A stretch of DNA of 26,283 nt, taken from NCBI GenBank assembly GCA_049314435.1, contig JBMOFD010000019.1:1-26283 (forward strand). Reading direction: 5' to 3'. The translations under genes were made by a program, and so were the position numbers. The notes below the pieces were generated by a model, which saw only the letters and a program-made list of their open reading frames with translations, had not been told where the DNA came from and ran no database searches. This document shows positions 25,939 to 26,283 of this stretch, piece after piece. The DNA comes from Chlamydiia bacterium (GTDB lineage: Bacteria; Chlamydiota; Chlamydiia; Chlamydiales; JBMOFD01). Each line of letters opens with the position of its first letter. The first letter of the stretch is position 1.

Positions 25939-26093
25939 GATAGACTCCTAGATGCTGGTCTCCTTTTCCCACTATCTCGGTCGCAGACCTAGCATGGAAT
26001 GGCGTCGGAGTGCCCTTGTCAGAGCACAACCTGATCGGTCCCGTCCAAATTGTCCAGAATTTTTACGTGAGCCAAGGCATTGCGCCTACCAGT

Positions 26094-26283
26094 CTAAAAA
26101 TCGCAACCGAGAGCAAGCCACAGACTATTTTCCGAGTAGTCGGAAGCAAAATCCCCCTCATAGGACAGAGCGATCGAGAATCGATCCGCGAAGACCTGTG
26201 TGACCTTGGCTCTTGGATAGAGCTTCCTTTGGGCCTACGCCATCGTCTCATCACCAAATCAACAAAATGCGATTTTGGTGATG
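26094..26283 (-). pseudogene. Degenerate 3' end of an autotransporter-type beta-barrel gene
   Basis: One frame reads KLYPRAKVTQVFADRFSIALSYEGDFASDYSENSLWLALGCDF* (barrel C-terminal strands ending in Phe), but has in-frame stops upstream at 26235-26237 and 26259-26261. Confidence 0.5.

Overview
A gene-dense bacterial window with no rRNA, tRNA, CRISPR array or transposase gene. Gene content suggests an environmental Chlamydiota/PVC-type host-associated bacterium (inference). From left to right it holds: (i) two tandem paralogous effector-like genes, one with an Inc-like bilobed hydrophobic domain, and a divergent atypical Ser/Thr kinase; (ii) an imuB-dnaE2 mutagenesis cassette without an adjacent imuA; (iii) a guanine deaminase, OprB porin, flavin amine oxidase, MFS and EamA cluster, with twin-hairpin repeats flanking the MFS gene; (iv) a nearly passenger-less autotransporter, a collapsed DUF1254/DUF1214 pseudogene and two small membrane proteins; (v) three tandem, divergent AAA/STAND-like ATPase-wHTH-PD-(D/E)xK nuclease genes; (vi) a secreted propeller-like protein, a Cys-rich beta-barrel protein, a TolB-like protein and a degenerate autotransporter 3' end. 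The most notable observation concerns the three ATPase-nuclease genes. Each is preceded by its own gene-specific palindrome (a 32-bp-period triplet, a 51-bp-period triplet, and a single palindrome), and each overlaps predicted sigma70 promoter elements. All family assignments come from motif recognition by eye; no database searches were run.
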